DNA of 46,723 nucleotides from Octopus bimaculoides (GCF_001194135.2 NC_068982.1:3494010-3540732); one strand, 5' to 3'; counted from the stretch's first letter, positions 24,073 through 36,110 are shown. The notes: generated by a model from the letters alone, not told the origin. Program-made: numbers and translations.

Positions 24073-26474
24073 AAAAACAAAAACAGACTTCCGAGAAAAG
24101 ACTCCAATAACGACCAGAGTGAACGGGTTAAAACGTAACTTATGTCCCGAATAATTTTCCTGAAACAAAAATTATCTCAAAACTTGCTAAGATTTGTCTT
24201 TATCTCACTATATGAAACCAATAATTCTTATATCGCATATTTTTGTTTATTATTTTTGCCATTTTGTTGCGTAGATTTGATTTTGGAGCTAAGTAATACT
24301 CGGTTCCGAGCTTTTAATAATTTTTAATGGAATGTTCAACGATAATATTTCAGTGCAAAGACTTAAAATGTAATTTCTGTCTACGGAAAAATAGACTTAA
24401 TGCAAAAGATAAAGGAAGAAAGTTTGGTCATGTCTCAGGAAATCGGTTGTAACTATCTCTGATAATGAGAGCTTAACGTCTGATCCCCGGTGATGATGCA
24501 GTAACAATGTAAAGCGGATTTTAATACAAAACTCGTCATTATATATAATTTGTGGCGCTTGTAGATCCGTCGGTCTGGATTTTGTCTGCACTAAATAAAA
24601 CAAAGATCGATGTTAATCAGAATGGTTTGCTTGACATTTATCTTTGAATACGCACAGAGGTAAATAATTTGTACTTCATTTGTAAATAACATATTTGCAA
24701 TACTTTAACTGCAACAACAGGGACAGTGGATGGTTAGAAAAGGAAGAATTCTGGATTCTAATCTCACCTGTACTGACTTTACCTTACTCCATTGATTCAA
24801 ATGAAATCGGTTATAACTTTATCCTAGTGTGGAGATTGCTGGTTTTGTTCGATTACGTAAAAAACAATATAATTTGCATGAATATATAGTTTTGATGTCT
24901 ATTTGTCATTCACTTCCCTGTTGATGCGAAGCTTTAACAAGATGTCTACATGTTCTAAAGGGTCATACGATTCAGATGTGAACACCAACACTTGATAAGC
25001 CTCAATTAAAAAGGTACAAAAGATAACTGAACTATCATAAATTTGCTTTCATACTGGTAAATTTTCGAGTATAATAATGCTCATAGAATCTATCTTGTAT
25101 ACATGAACTCATCTTCGGTGGCCTCTCTGAAGCACATGTTATAATTCAGAGATGCCATCCACATGAAAAAAGAACAATCAGTTTGGTAAATTACAAATGA
25201 GTTGCTAAATTTCTAAGGAATTATACTTTTCTAATCTAACAAGTCTTATGCATTTACTTAAGTGTTCTACGATTTTATCTCCCCTTGATGCCATGAAAAG
25301 AAATTTAATATTAGTCAATGACGCAGATAAATTTCTAGTTAAATTTTTAATGTTCACTACATTAGATTCATTAAACTACTTCATTTAATATTTAAATTCC
25401 TTAATACTTTTAGAGTCGCATGCACCACAGTTATTAGAATAATAAAATATATTATGATCCTTTAAATCTTCCATAGAAGCATTTTCGAGGCAAACTTTAG
25501 TAGATCGTGTGTTTCTAAATAATCTCTCCATAAAAGTGAAATAGTATGCAAAGTCACTGGGAGACGGAAATATTGCTAACTATGGAAGTTAGTCGAATTC
25601 TGTTGCCATATTTTGTTGGTGATATTAATGGAAATTTTTGTTGTCCATTCTGAAAATGTGTCCGAATGACATATCGCTGATGCCAACGACTAATCGACAA
25701 TGTCTACATACACTTGCCTGCAGACAGAACACTTATAAAGTTGCGTGTCACTAAATTTGTTTGATTATTGAACGATGGAGTGAGAATATAGATATTTGTT
25801 GTGGAAAATTCTTTGCTTTTTATCTTACTCATCACCTAGTTACCTGCATTATAGGACAACACGGTTCGTATAGATAAATGTATTGTAGAGACACATATGT
25901 AGCCTTTCTTCGGCAAGTTAACACAGAGACTAGACTGATTTATATTAAGCTGTCGCCAGCAATTTCCTCAGTCTTATATCTTCAACGTTGCGAAGAAAAG
26001 ATCTCAGTTTTTTTATTATTATTCTCACTTGTCAAGTATTTCATTTTGATGATTGTAAAGTCTCTCTGATAAAGAAGAACTATTTTTCGTGCAATGAAGT
26101 CTGTCCCATGATCTGTCAGATAACCCTGCACATAGAATTCACATTCTCAAGAGTATCTGGTTTCTGGTGCTAACGACTTCATAACACAAGTTTTAACCTC
26201 TACTTTTCCTAATTCCGAAGCAGCACAACACACACCAGTCGGCTTTCGTAAATGCATAAACAAAAGCGGTCATAAATAATTAACAGACATTTTTTTTTAT
26301 TATTCTTAAACATTTACAGGAAAAATTTCAGAATACTGTTAAAGATAAAATCGGTTATGCTCCTTCCCCAAACAATAAAAGCAATATTATAAAACATTAT
26401 TCAAGTGGTATATTAGAAAAATCATGAAAAATGCTTTGCGAAAGATATTCTGGATTTTTTTTTTCTTAGTTCAA

Positions 26475-26590
26475 ATACCGCCAATATCGATTTTCTTTTC
26501 CACCCTCTGGGGTCGATCAAGTACAATACTTGTTAAATATTGGGTTCGATATAATCGATTGCTCTCCTTAAATTTTGTGCCAGTGTAAGA
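26475..26590 (+). mobile_element. Degenerate family B SINE fragment
   Basis: TTCAAATACCGCC..TCTGGGGTCGATCAAGTAC..GGGTTCGATATAATCGATT. Confidence 0.6.
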
Positions 26591-26605
26591 AATTATTCTT
26601 ATTAT

Positions 26606-26980
26606 TGTTGACTTGACTCAGGTTCGTACTTATTCCTGATAGAATTTATGTGGGGAGCGGGTTACTACCTCTAACGTTTGATAGCCACAAACTTCTAATA
26701 TTCTTTCAAGTATTTCAGACCCGCCGGATAACCTTTCCGGTAGCTAAAAGGCTAACTTTCTGTAGGAGCTCTACAGGATATTCTATTCTAATCTCCTTCG
26801 ACCATTTCTCTATATCTTTGCTTACAGTTCCCAATGCGCCAATTTATTAAAGGCACAACCTTTACACTTTTCATATTCCAAATTCTTGCAATTCCAAATT
26901 TTAAGAGATTTTTTTTATTTTTCGTCTTTCTTTACAATTCTGTAGTCAAACGGACATGATGGATCGATTAATAGGCAACT
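26606..26980 (-). mobile_element. R4/Dong-like LINE 3' end
   Basis: CLLIDPSCPFDYRIVKKDEK...IGALGTVSKDIEKWSKEIRIEYPVELLQKVSLLATGKVIRRV. AAT-type repeats on both sides. Confidence 0.85.
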
Positions 26981-26985
26981 ATTAC

Positions 26986-27055
<70 letters not shown>

Positions 27056-27076
27056 ATTAATATTATTATTATTATT

Positions 27077-27599
27077 GAGTGAGAGAGTAGTACATGCCAT
27101 CAAAGTGACACAGGGGTAAAATATTCGAAGCCCAGTATACCCACCATGACTACTAGTCTGATAAGGGTACATCAGGCACATGCATCACAACCATATGTGC
27201 GCGACATGGTGATCTCATATCGAGATAAACCGCACATGACCTTACAGGTGGGGCCCAGTTAGAATTTTGTCAGGTCGAGTAGCCCATCCCGCTCAAAAGG
27301 TCCGTGAATAAGGATTGTTTAAGAATGTTGAACAAAACGCCCATGTTTCCAGAGGTGAATTATCCAAACCCTAAAGAATTTCTCTCAACACATGGCTATG
27401 ATGCTCCCCCACTACTTCTGCTCGTGATCAGAGATGCACATATCGCCAGCCACCAAAGGACATAGTCAACTGGTTAAGGTCAAACAAGTGACAAGCAAAT
27501 CTGTGGTATTGAGCAGAATATTTGCTGTAGTCCATCTTTTATTCCAAGACAAAACAATGTACATGATAACACTTCCAATCAGTTAAGATTAAAAGCCAT
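27077..27599 (-). mobile_element. Family H: ~520-nt non-coding retroposon-like element with (AAT)n tail
   Basis: Ends ...GATGGCATGTACTACTCTCTCACTC(AAT)n on the minus strand. Its 3' 100 nt recur at 36395-36496. Confidence 0.7.
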
Positions 27600-27626
27600 A
27601 TTGTTGTTGTTGCTGCTGTTGTTGTT

Positions 27627-28218
27627 GTTCAAATTCTGCTGAAGTGGACTCTGCCTTTCATCCTTTGGGGGTCAATAAAATAAGTACCAGTTAAACACTG
27701 GGGTCGATGTCATCGACTCATCACCGCACCCCAAATTGCTGCCCTTGTGGCAAAATTTTAGGCCATTATTATTATTATTGTTGTTATTATTATTATTATT
27801 AGTATTAGTATTATTATTATTATTATTATCATTGTTATTATTATCATTATTGTTATTGTTGTTGTTGGTGGTGGTGGTGGTGTTGTTGTTGCTGTTATTA
27901 TTGTTCAAATTCCGCCGAGATCGACTTTGCCTTTCATCCTTTCGGGATTCTATAAAATAAGTACCAGTTAAACACTGGGGTCGATGTAATCAACTCATCC
28001 CCCCAACCCACCCCCAAGCTGCCCTTGTGACAAAAATTTGAAATAATTATTATTAAGGCGGTGAGTTAGCAGAATCGTTAGCACACCGGACAAAATGCTT
28101 GACGGCATTCCGTCCGTTTTCACGTTCTGAGTTCAAATTTCTCGAGATCGAACTTTGACTTTCTTTCCTTCGGAGTCGACAATATAAGTATCGGCTAGCC
28201 CCCTCCACTGAAATTGTG
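27627..28218 (+). mobile_element. Three tandem family B SINE pieces separated by TTA/TTG microsatellite
   Basis: Copies at 27627-27764, 27903-28043 and 28055-28218 (the last retains the head AAGGCGGTGAGTTAGCAGAATCGTTAGC). Confidence 0.85.
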
Positions 28219-29092
28219 NNNNNNNNNNGTGGTGGTGGTGGTGGTGGTGGTGGTGGTGGTGGTGGTGGTGTTGTGGGTGGTTCCAGTTATTATTATTTGA
28301 GAACGTTGGCGTTGTGTAAGGGATCCATAATTCTTTATGAAACAGCATAGAAATAATGGGTTCCAAGAGAAATTCTTCCAGTTCCTGTTGTTCCCTGAGA
28401 TAAAAGGCACCAGGAAATAATGAGCTGTAGAGTGGAAAAGTATATTGAGGGAGATAATCTTCTATTCTGAACATCAGCGTTGTGATCAGTAACCGGTGAA
28501 CGAACGATAATGGAATCCAGCCTTGCAGTGAAGAAGCCGGATATCGACAAATGTTACAACCACAAGTTCATATTGGCGTTGAGTGAATTTCCTTCATCTT
28601 TGCATTAAAGGTATTGTAAACGACAAAATAATGTATGCAGAGAATGTTCTACTCAACTAAAACAAAAACCGAGAAGGGCAGTTTGTCATTGAAGAAATAT
28701 TACACTTCCGATGTTTTCATATCAGAGTTAGAAGCCATTATTGTCTTTCATTTTTGTCCTTGTTGTTGTTGTTGTTTAATTCCAACTTAGTTCTGATCGA
28801 GCAACATTATTTTGAAAGCCATTTAATCTGTAATAGAACTGTCTCTTTTAAACATAGTGTTACTTGGACATTATCGAATGTATCCTTCGCATTATAAGAC
28901 GGTTAGAGCTTGATTTGATGGAGATTTTGGTTGATATTTCTAGCAAATTGAACGTTGGTTGGTGATCTCAGAAGCAACTGTGAGATCCATTCACTCAAAA
29001 AACGTCTTTCCAACTTTAATCGTCTTTTCGTGTTATTTAGATCAATTTTCGAAGCTCTATGCTCATTGTAAATGTCAACGTTCTCCACTTGT

Positions 29093-29094
<2 letters not shown>

Positions 29095-29133
<39 letters not shown>

Positions 29134-29259
29134 TTACTACTACTACTACTACTACTACCACTACTACCACTATTACTACAACTACTACTACTACTACCAC
29201 TACTACTACTACTACCACTACTACCACTATTACTACAACTACTACTACTATGACTACTA
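29095..29259. repeat. (CTA)n/(CCA)n microsatellite
   Basis: Directly visible. Confidence 0.95.
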
Positions 29260-29683
29260 GTTTTTCAATTGTTTAGAATATCGTTAGTAGGCCAGAAATT
29301 TCGGTGCAGGAGCACCATTGTGTTTAGCGGTGCAAAAAAGTTTAAAGACACATACGGACCCCGGAAGGATTTCTGTCATAAGCACAAGAATAGATATTTG
29401 GAGGATGGTGGGGGTGGCAGTTGTTTATATCGACTGTTTATACATTTTCTCGGTTCCTGAACGATCAAACGCAAAATTGAGTACAGCGAGACTTTTACCC
29501 AGAAAACAAACAAACATGAATGGACACGACAAGACATTTTGTCAGCCACTCTAACAATTCTGTGAATGAAGCGTCTTCAAATACAATAATAATAGGATGA
29601 CCTGACATAAATAAAAGCTATTTTACAAAGATCTATATTAGATTTAATCGACTTCAGTGCCTGATGCGTGTTAAAAACGAAAA

Positions 29684-29890
29684 TTACAAAAATTTGGGAC
29701 AGCAGCTTTCTTTGTTTTTTCGCCTGATTTCGAGTCTTAAAACCAGGCACAAGATTTCATGCACAATGCGCCAGTGAATAAGGTATATTTGCTTCCACAA
29801 ATCAGCTTCGGCTTCCTTTACCTCAACCATTATTTGGCCTATGCACCCCTTTGATTCTATTTTACTTGGATGGACCCCTCTCGTCATTCG
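29684..29890 (-). pseudogene. Possible hAT (Charlie/Buster-like) transposase relic
   Basis: MTRGVHPSKIESKGCIGQ...IHWRIVHEILC resembles TTDGAPSMxGxxxG...HCIIHQExLC. Confidence 0.4.
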
Positions 29891-29994
29891 ATGTTTTAAA
29901 AAATCCCATTATATTTTTAGATTTAAATATCATTAAAAATGTAATTAAAAAATTGTTAAAATCTTTTGTGTATTGCAGAAATATAACTAATTTA

Positions 29995-30188
29995 TTCTTT
30001 TATTCTTTTGTTTCAGTCATTTGACTGCGGCCATGCTGGAGCACCGCCTTTAGTCGAACAAATCAACCCCAGGACTTATTCTTTGTAAGCCTAGTACTTA
30101 TTCTATCGGTCTTTTTGCCGAACCGCTAAGTTACGGGGACGTAAACACACCACCATCGGTTGTCAAGCAATGGTGGAGGGACAAACAG

Positions 30189-30219
<31 letters not shown>

Positions 30220-30391
30220 CGTATATACGACGGGCTTCTTTCAGTTTCCGTCTACCAAATCCATTCACAAGGCTTTGATCGGCCCGAGGCTATAGTAGAA
30301 GACATTTGCCCAAGGTGCCACGCAGTGAGACTGAACCCGGAACCATGTGGTTGATAAGTAAGCCACTTACCATACACCCACTCCTGCGCCT
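29995..30391 (-). mobile_element. tRNA-derived SINE family C with internal (TA)/(TG) tract
   Basis: Head AGGCGCAGGAGTGG.TGT.TGGTAAG; body CTACTATAGCCTCGGGCC; 3' GGCGGTGCTCCAGCATGGCCGCAGTC. Confidence 0.9.
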
Positions 30392-30529
30392 TGCAGATAT
30401 ATTTTAACAANNNNNNNNNNNNNNNNNNNNNNNNNNNNNNNNNNNNNNNNNNNNNNNNNNNNNNNNNNNNNNNNNNNNNNNNNNNNNNNNNNNNNNNNNN
30501 NNNNNNNNNNNNNNNNNNNNNNNNNNNNN

Positions 30530-30730
30530 TAATTTATTCTTTTATTCTTTTGTTTCAGTCATTTGACTGCGGCCATGCTGGAGCACCGCCTTTAGTCGAA
30601 CAAATCAACCCCAGGACTTATTCTTTGTAAGCCTAGTACTTATTCTATCGGTCTTTTTGCCGAACCGCTAAGTTACGGGGACGTAAACACACCACCATCG
30701 GTTGTCAAGCAATGGTGGAGGGACAAACAG

Positions 30731-30761
<31 letters not shown>

Positions 30762-30952
30762 CGTATATACGACGGGCTTCTTTCAGTTTCCGTCTACCAA
30801 ATCCATTCACAAGGCTTTGATCGGCCCGAGGCTATAGTAGAAGACATTTGCCCAAGGTGCCACGCAGTGAGACTGAACCCGGAACCATGTGGTTGATAAG
30901 TAAGCCACTTACCATACACCCACTCCTGCGCCTTGCAGATATATTTTAACAA
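30530..30952 (-). repeat. Exact duplicate of 29988-30410 across gap 30411-30529 (probable assembly overlap)
   Basis: Offset 542. ORFs 30160 and 30702 are identical. Confidence 0.85.
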
Positions 30953-31520
30953 CAAAATCTTACATGGACCACCCCCAAGGGTCATACAGACTCCCAAGGG
31001 CCATATGAACCCTGGTTGGAAACAGCTACTCTAACTGCTCTTTCGAAGACTTGTCGAAGCCCATCCTTTGTCCGTTTCTTGATAAATTCGTCAGGAATAG
31101 CGGCACTGCATTCTGTGACTCACCGCTTCCGTTCCTTATTTTCTAAGAAATGGCTGGTAACGATCATCTCCTTGTGACTATGAGTCGCTGTTAATGGAGT
31201 TGTCGTCATTTAAATTCGTCTTTCGCTTTTCGAGACGCTCAGTGTTTATAATTGTGTCTTTTCAATTCTTATCATTCTTTCTCTTTACTTTTATTTAATC
31301 CAGAGTTCATAGAATCTGATGCGGCGTATTCGTTGCTACCACCTTTTTATCGGTGTCCCTTTCACTGCTCCACACCTAGCTATATTGAAGCAGTAAAAGT
31401 AAAGTTCATTCTCGGGTCATATAGGAATCATAAGGGCCGGTTTCGCGCTTCCCATGGTGTATATATTCCCCGCCTGGACGGGATGCCCGTCCGTCTCTTT
31501 ATTACGCATTTTTGCCACTA

Positions 31521-31738
31521 CAGTTCTATATTTAAGAGATGAGGAATTATGTACATTATTTACATTATTTACATTTGACGGATATTTGTCCTCATCTTGT
31601 TTGTTGTTAACACAACGTTTCGGCTGATATACCCTCCAGCCTTCGTCAAATGTCTTGGGGAAATTCCAAACCTCGGTCCTCATTCCTAAGGTATTTCCCG
31701 ATGTTGTTGTTGTTATTATTATTATTATTATTATTATC

Positions 31739-31769
<31 letters not shown>

Positions 31770-31846
31770 TCACTGACTGGAATCGAACTCGGAATCTTAG
31801 GGTTAGTAGCCCGCACTCTTACCCACTACGCCATATGCCCGAGGGC
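31521..31846 (-). mobile_element. Full family A element
   Basis: Tail 31521-31700 with core TTGACGA (31649-31643), (TTA)n/(TTG)n linker, head 31765-31846. Confidence 0.9.
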
Positions 31847-31890
31847 AAATATGGGGTGTATTTATAAGCACTAAAATTCACTCCATAATT

Positions 31891-32111
31891 GCCCACGGGC
31901 ATATGGCGTAGTGGGTAAGAGTGCGGGCTACTAACCCTAAGATTCCGAGTTCAATTCCAGTCAGTGACCATAATAATAATAATAAGGAATGAGAACCCAG
32001 GTTCGAAATTTCCCCCAAGATACCTGATGAAGGCTGGAGGGTATATCAGCCAAAACAATGTGTTAACAACAAACAAGATGAAGACAAATATCCGTCAAAT
32101 GTAAATAATGT
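31891..32111 (+). mobile_element. Family A element, inverted partner of 31521-31846
   Basis: Head 31891-31969, short (AAT)n, tail with CTGATGA at 32024-32030 but AAAA for GAAA; 3'-truncated. Confidence 0.9.
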
Positions 32112-32114
32112 CAT

Positions 32115-32255
32115 TTTTACCAGTTTGATGGACTGGTGCATCGTGAAATGAAGTGTTTGCTCAAGATTTCAACGCATCACCCGGTCCAAGGATCGAAACT
32201 GCACATCTTACGATCATGTGTCCAGTACCCTAACCCCTAAGCCACCCTCCTCCAC
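32115..32255 (-). mobile_element. Degenerate tRNA/CORE-type SINE (family G) 5' part
   Basis: Reverse match to the head of 33207-33330. Confidence 0.55.
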
Positions 32256-32283
32256 AGTTGAAGCAGTAGCAAATAAATAAATA

Positions 32284-32490
32284 TTATAGGCACAAGGCCT
32301 GAAATTTCGGGGAGGAGAGTAGTCGATTACATCGACCCCAATGTTTTACTGGTACTTAATTTATTGACCCTGAAAGGATGAAAGACAAAGTCAACCTCGG
32401 CGGGATTTGAACTCAGAACGTAGCGGCAGAGGAAATACCGTTAGACATTTCATCCGATGTACTTAACGATTCTGCCAGATCGCCGCCTTA
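32284..32490 (-). mobile_element. Full-length family B SINE
   Basis: Head, B-box and central domain as at 20990-21223. Confidence 0.9.
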
Positions 32491-32529
32491 ATAAAATGCA
32501 TATTAACTAAAAAAAATATGTGTATAAGT

Positions 32530-32690
32530 TCTGGATGGAAGGCCTCCACTTGGAACGCCTCCACGACGATGTTAAGTAATTTTGGGTCAAGATAGAAAAG
32601 AATGGCGCAATCAAGAAAGAACTGGAAGTGCATAGTGGCCAGCGGTGTAATACAGCACCTGATGTTCTGGTCGATACCGTGATAGTGTGC
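32530..32690 (+). mobile_element. Possible RTE-like LINE C-terminal relic
   Basis: GGAAGGCCTCCA...CACGACGATGTTAAG and a following W residue resemble GRPxxRWxDDVK...W. Confidence 0.35.
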
Positions 32691-33206
32691 TCTCTGTGTA
32701 TAGTATATACGTTTCCGAAGAAACCTAATGTCCAAGGTCAGGAGAATAAGAAGGGGCTTTCAAATATTTCGAAGACCATCGTTCATATGAATCCCTGAAA
32801 AACCTTTATTTCCCCATTGCATAATCCTGGAAGGCGATATTCTTTAAGTGGAGCACTGTGGAATGAGACCATTCACAGCTACCAACAACAACAATAATAA
32901 AACATTTTAACAACGGAACCCCAGGTAGATCAAGCGATAAGTAATAGGGTGTAAAAAATTGGTTTTAAAATTTCTTTGGATGGAAAAAGTCGAAGGATCC
33001 CCGTGGGGTTCATGATGTAAGCAGCAACAATAATGTTTCCTTTTATGGGCCACAAGAGACCAAGATTTTGGGCAAAGCAGAAAAAGGAAATATTAAGGCA
33101 AACAGCAAATAAAAATTTGTTGGAGATTAATATGGAGTAAAAACATTATCCCTAAAATGTTGTTGTTGTTGTTGTAGTTATTGTTGTTGTTCGCGGTGGT
33201 GTTGTG

Positions 33207-33498
33207 AAGGCGCATTGCTAGTGGCTCGGGTATTCGGCTGACGATCGTAAGGTCGTGAGTTCAATTCCCAGCGACGCGTTGTGTCCTTGAGCAAGACATT
33301 TTATTTCACGTTGCTCCAGTCCACTCAGCCGTTAAACATGAGTTGTACCTGTATTTCAAAGAACCAGCCTTGTCACACTCTGTGTCACGCTGAATCTCCC
33401 TGAGGACTTCATTAACGGTACACGTGTCTATGGAGTGCTCAGGCCATTCCGTTGATAGGATCAACTGGAACCCACATCGTCGTAACCGACGGAGGACC
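33207..33498 (+). mobile_element. tRNA-derived CORE-type SINE (family G)
   Basis: B-box GAGTTCAATTCC followed by CORE-like GTTGTGTCCTTGAGCAAGACA..TTGCTCCAGTCCACTCAG. Confidence 0.75.
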
Positions 33499-33594
33499 AG
33501 TGGTGGTGTTGGTGGTAGCGCTACCAGTTTATTCGACTTTTCGCTGATCTTCTCCAAGCTGATTTAGTTTTCTATTCCAACTTCCATTGCATTC

Positions 33595-33693
33595 CAGTTC
33601 TATATTTAAGAGATGAGGAATTATGTACATATGCCCACGGGCATATGGCGTAGTGGTTAAGAGTGCAGGTTACTAACCCCAAGATTCCGAGTT
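33595..33693. mobile_element. Family A junction fragment: inverted 3' terminus fused to the tRNA-like head
   Basis: 33595-33630 is the reverse complement of the last 36 nt. 33631-33693 is the plus-strand head, truncated at GAGTT. Confidence 0.85.
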
Positions 33694-34769
33694 ACAAAAT
33701 TTAAATAAATCTTAATAAATAGGAATAACCGTATAGAACAACAAATTATGGATGAGAAAATGCTTCCCCAAATACAAAGCAGGCAGTTTGTAACAGCGTA
33801 AAGAAGCCCGAAATAGTTTAACACGCCAAAGGCCAAGTACTTTTCTTTACAAATTTTGCTTCTTGCGCAAAAGCCACATATTTGGTTAAACTCGTTTAGT
33901 CTCTCTTAACCAGTTTTTATAAAATTTACTCAAGGATAATGCCTCTTTCTCTGTCCTTACCTTCCTCTTCAGTGGTATTAGACGTTGGTGAGGCTTGGCT
34001 GGATGATAAAGCTCTGTCTTTTAAAGCTTTCAGCTACATCCACCTAAAAATTCTTTCGCCAGATCCACAAAACAGAAAATGGCAAGTCACTCTTCCTTGT
34101 CAAAGAAAGGTAGCGACTCGATGTTCACGATAGGCTATATTCCGTATATTCGACATGAATCAACAAATCAACAATATATGGACGAGTGAGTGTTGAATGG
34201 TGCATAACAGACAAACCAGTGTAGTATGTATAAAGGTTTAAAAAGACATTTAACCACATATGTGCTTTATACAAGCACTGGTATTTCTTCAAAACAAACA
34301 TGCTCGTAGCCAGCCATCTGAGAATGAGGGTAGGTTTAATGCAACATGTCAAACAACGGCAGCTGCATGATTACTACAGAGTGAAGACTGCGATGCGCAA
34401 TTCTAATGTAACATGTACATCGTACTCTGGCAGGGAAAATAGGTCAATGCGAAGCGGAGTAAGATTAGCATCCTTTCGCAATGTTAAGTCTTGCCAAAGA
34501 GACCTACTTCATAATACTACCACCCACATTCTTGCAGAATTAAATACTTTAAGAAATGTTAAATGTAAGCGATTATGTCTGTAAAGAATATGCTAAGCGA
34601 TTCTAGGGAGAGAGTAACAAAAGAAATCATACAGTGTAAGATAAATCAACGAGAATAATAATTCCAAGAATATTGAGAGAGAGCATATAGATCCAACATG
34701 ATGTTCAATATATAAGAAATGTCAGAAGGAAAACAAAAAAAAACTGACACCAGAAACATAATCGAGCTT

Positions 34770-35300
34770 AACTAGCCAGGTAATTGTCACTGCAATCAAT
34801 ACGGATTGCACCTGTAAGGCGCTTGGAAATGATAAGATACCCGATTTCTCTTTAAATTATAAAAGATGTGTATAACAACAGCTTTGAGTTATCACAAGGA
34901 ACAGAAACAAAATCAACAGCCGACAGGTTACTGAAGGGAAACAATAACAATTCCCAAAACAACAACATCAGGCCGATAACTGTAATATATAAGCGATCAT
35001 AGATATACTTTCCAGCAGAAACATAACAACATCTTACAAGAAAAGCAGAAACGAAGTCGGGAAAATATACGAAGATCTAATGATAAACGAAACAGTTGCC
35101 GAAGTCAATGGAACAGCAAAGCGTCTAAGCATGGCTTTCATTGATTATCGCAAAGCCTTTCACATTCCTGTATATGAGAGACACTCTATACAAATAAAAA
35201 GCCCCTAATTCTAAGGAAACTCATTAAACTACACTATTTCAAAAAGGAAAGCAAAATAAGAATTTTTGCAGGGACGCCCAACTCTCGTCACTCTTCTATC
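34770..35300 (+). pseudogene. R4/Dong-like reverse transcriptase relic
   Basis: KALGNDKIPDF (34816), NIRPIT (34964), NILQEKQKR, AKRLSMAFIDYRKAF (to 35160), and a degenerate QGD-like segment. Confidence 0.7.
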
Positions 35301-35324
35301 TAACCCTAACCCTAACCCTAACCC
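35300..35324 (+). repeat. Interstitial telomere-like (TAACCC)4
   Basis: Four exact units, 35301-35324. Confidence 0.85.
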
Positions 35325-35399
35325 CCACCCGATTCACAAATCTGTCGAAACAAACCAAAATCTTGGAACAATTTACATGTAAATTTATCATCATGGTGT

Positions 35400-35670
35400 T
35401 GGCAAACTAACCCCATACATATCTTGGTTAGAACAATATTATTTGGTCCGGATTCTGCTTTCAGCATCACAACCACAAGGCTTGACTTGAATATTAACAT
35501 CCAGAAAACCAAAGTCGTCTATCAACCAAGCGTTGACGCGACCAATATACGAAGGCCAAAAGCTGCTAGATGTCAGTTGTTTTATCTGTCTGAGAAGCAC
35601 TATCAGTAGAGATTTAGAGTTCAGTTCTTCGGGAAGAGAGCGTTGGATGAACAAAGCCAGTTGGCGTTCG

Positions 35671-35730
<60 letters not shown>

Positions 35731-36110
35731 ACTGTGGAACAAACAGGCTTGGTACAGACCAAGTGAAATGAAAAGTATACCGAGCAATAGTATTATCCAC
35801 TTGAACGTAAGGACCAAAGACAGACATTATATGGCAAACACATGAAAAAAGAAACTTGCATGGTTATACGCCCGAGATAAATCATGAAGATCTGATAGAA
35901 AAAGGTCATCGGAGAGAAAGCTGCGATTTTTAACAAGAAATATTGGTAGAGTAAGACATCCACTGGCTTAAAAATACCCACACAATGGATGGAGCTTGAT
36001 ATTAAGACGAATACTAAATTCACAGTCAGCTGACGGTATAAAGAGTCAAAGGAGACTTCCGCCTCAAACAGGAAAAGGGATGGGAACACAACGAGAGAAG
36101 ACTGTACTTC
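35400..36110 (+). pseudogene. RTE-clade LINE RT/thumb relic interrupted by (AG)n 35664-35728
   Basis: LNINIQKTKVVYQP..YEGQKLLDVSCFICLRSTIS..MNKAS..TK..KVYRAIVLSTL, with frameshifts. Confidence 0.7.

Noticed and set aside
24545-24890. Apparent 60-nt GT..AG intron and DVNQNGLLDIY peptide
   Set aside because: That frame stops before the donor, and no frame links both sides convincingly.
29988-30952. 423-nt exact direct duplication
   Set aside because: Identical copies flank an N gap, the signature of an unmerged contig overlap.
31891-31969. tRNA-like sequence with ACT anticodon
   Set aside because: The acceptor stem does not close and it is always attached to the linker, so it is a SINE head rather than a tRNA gene.
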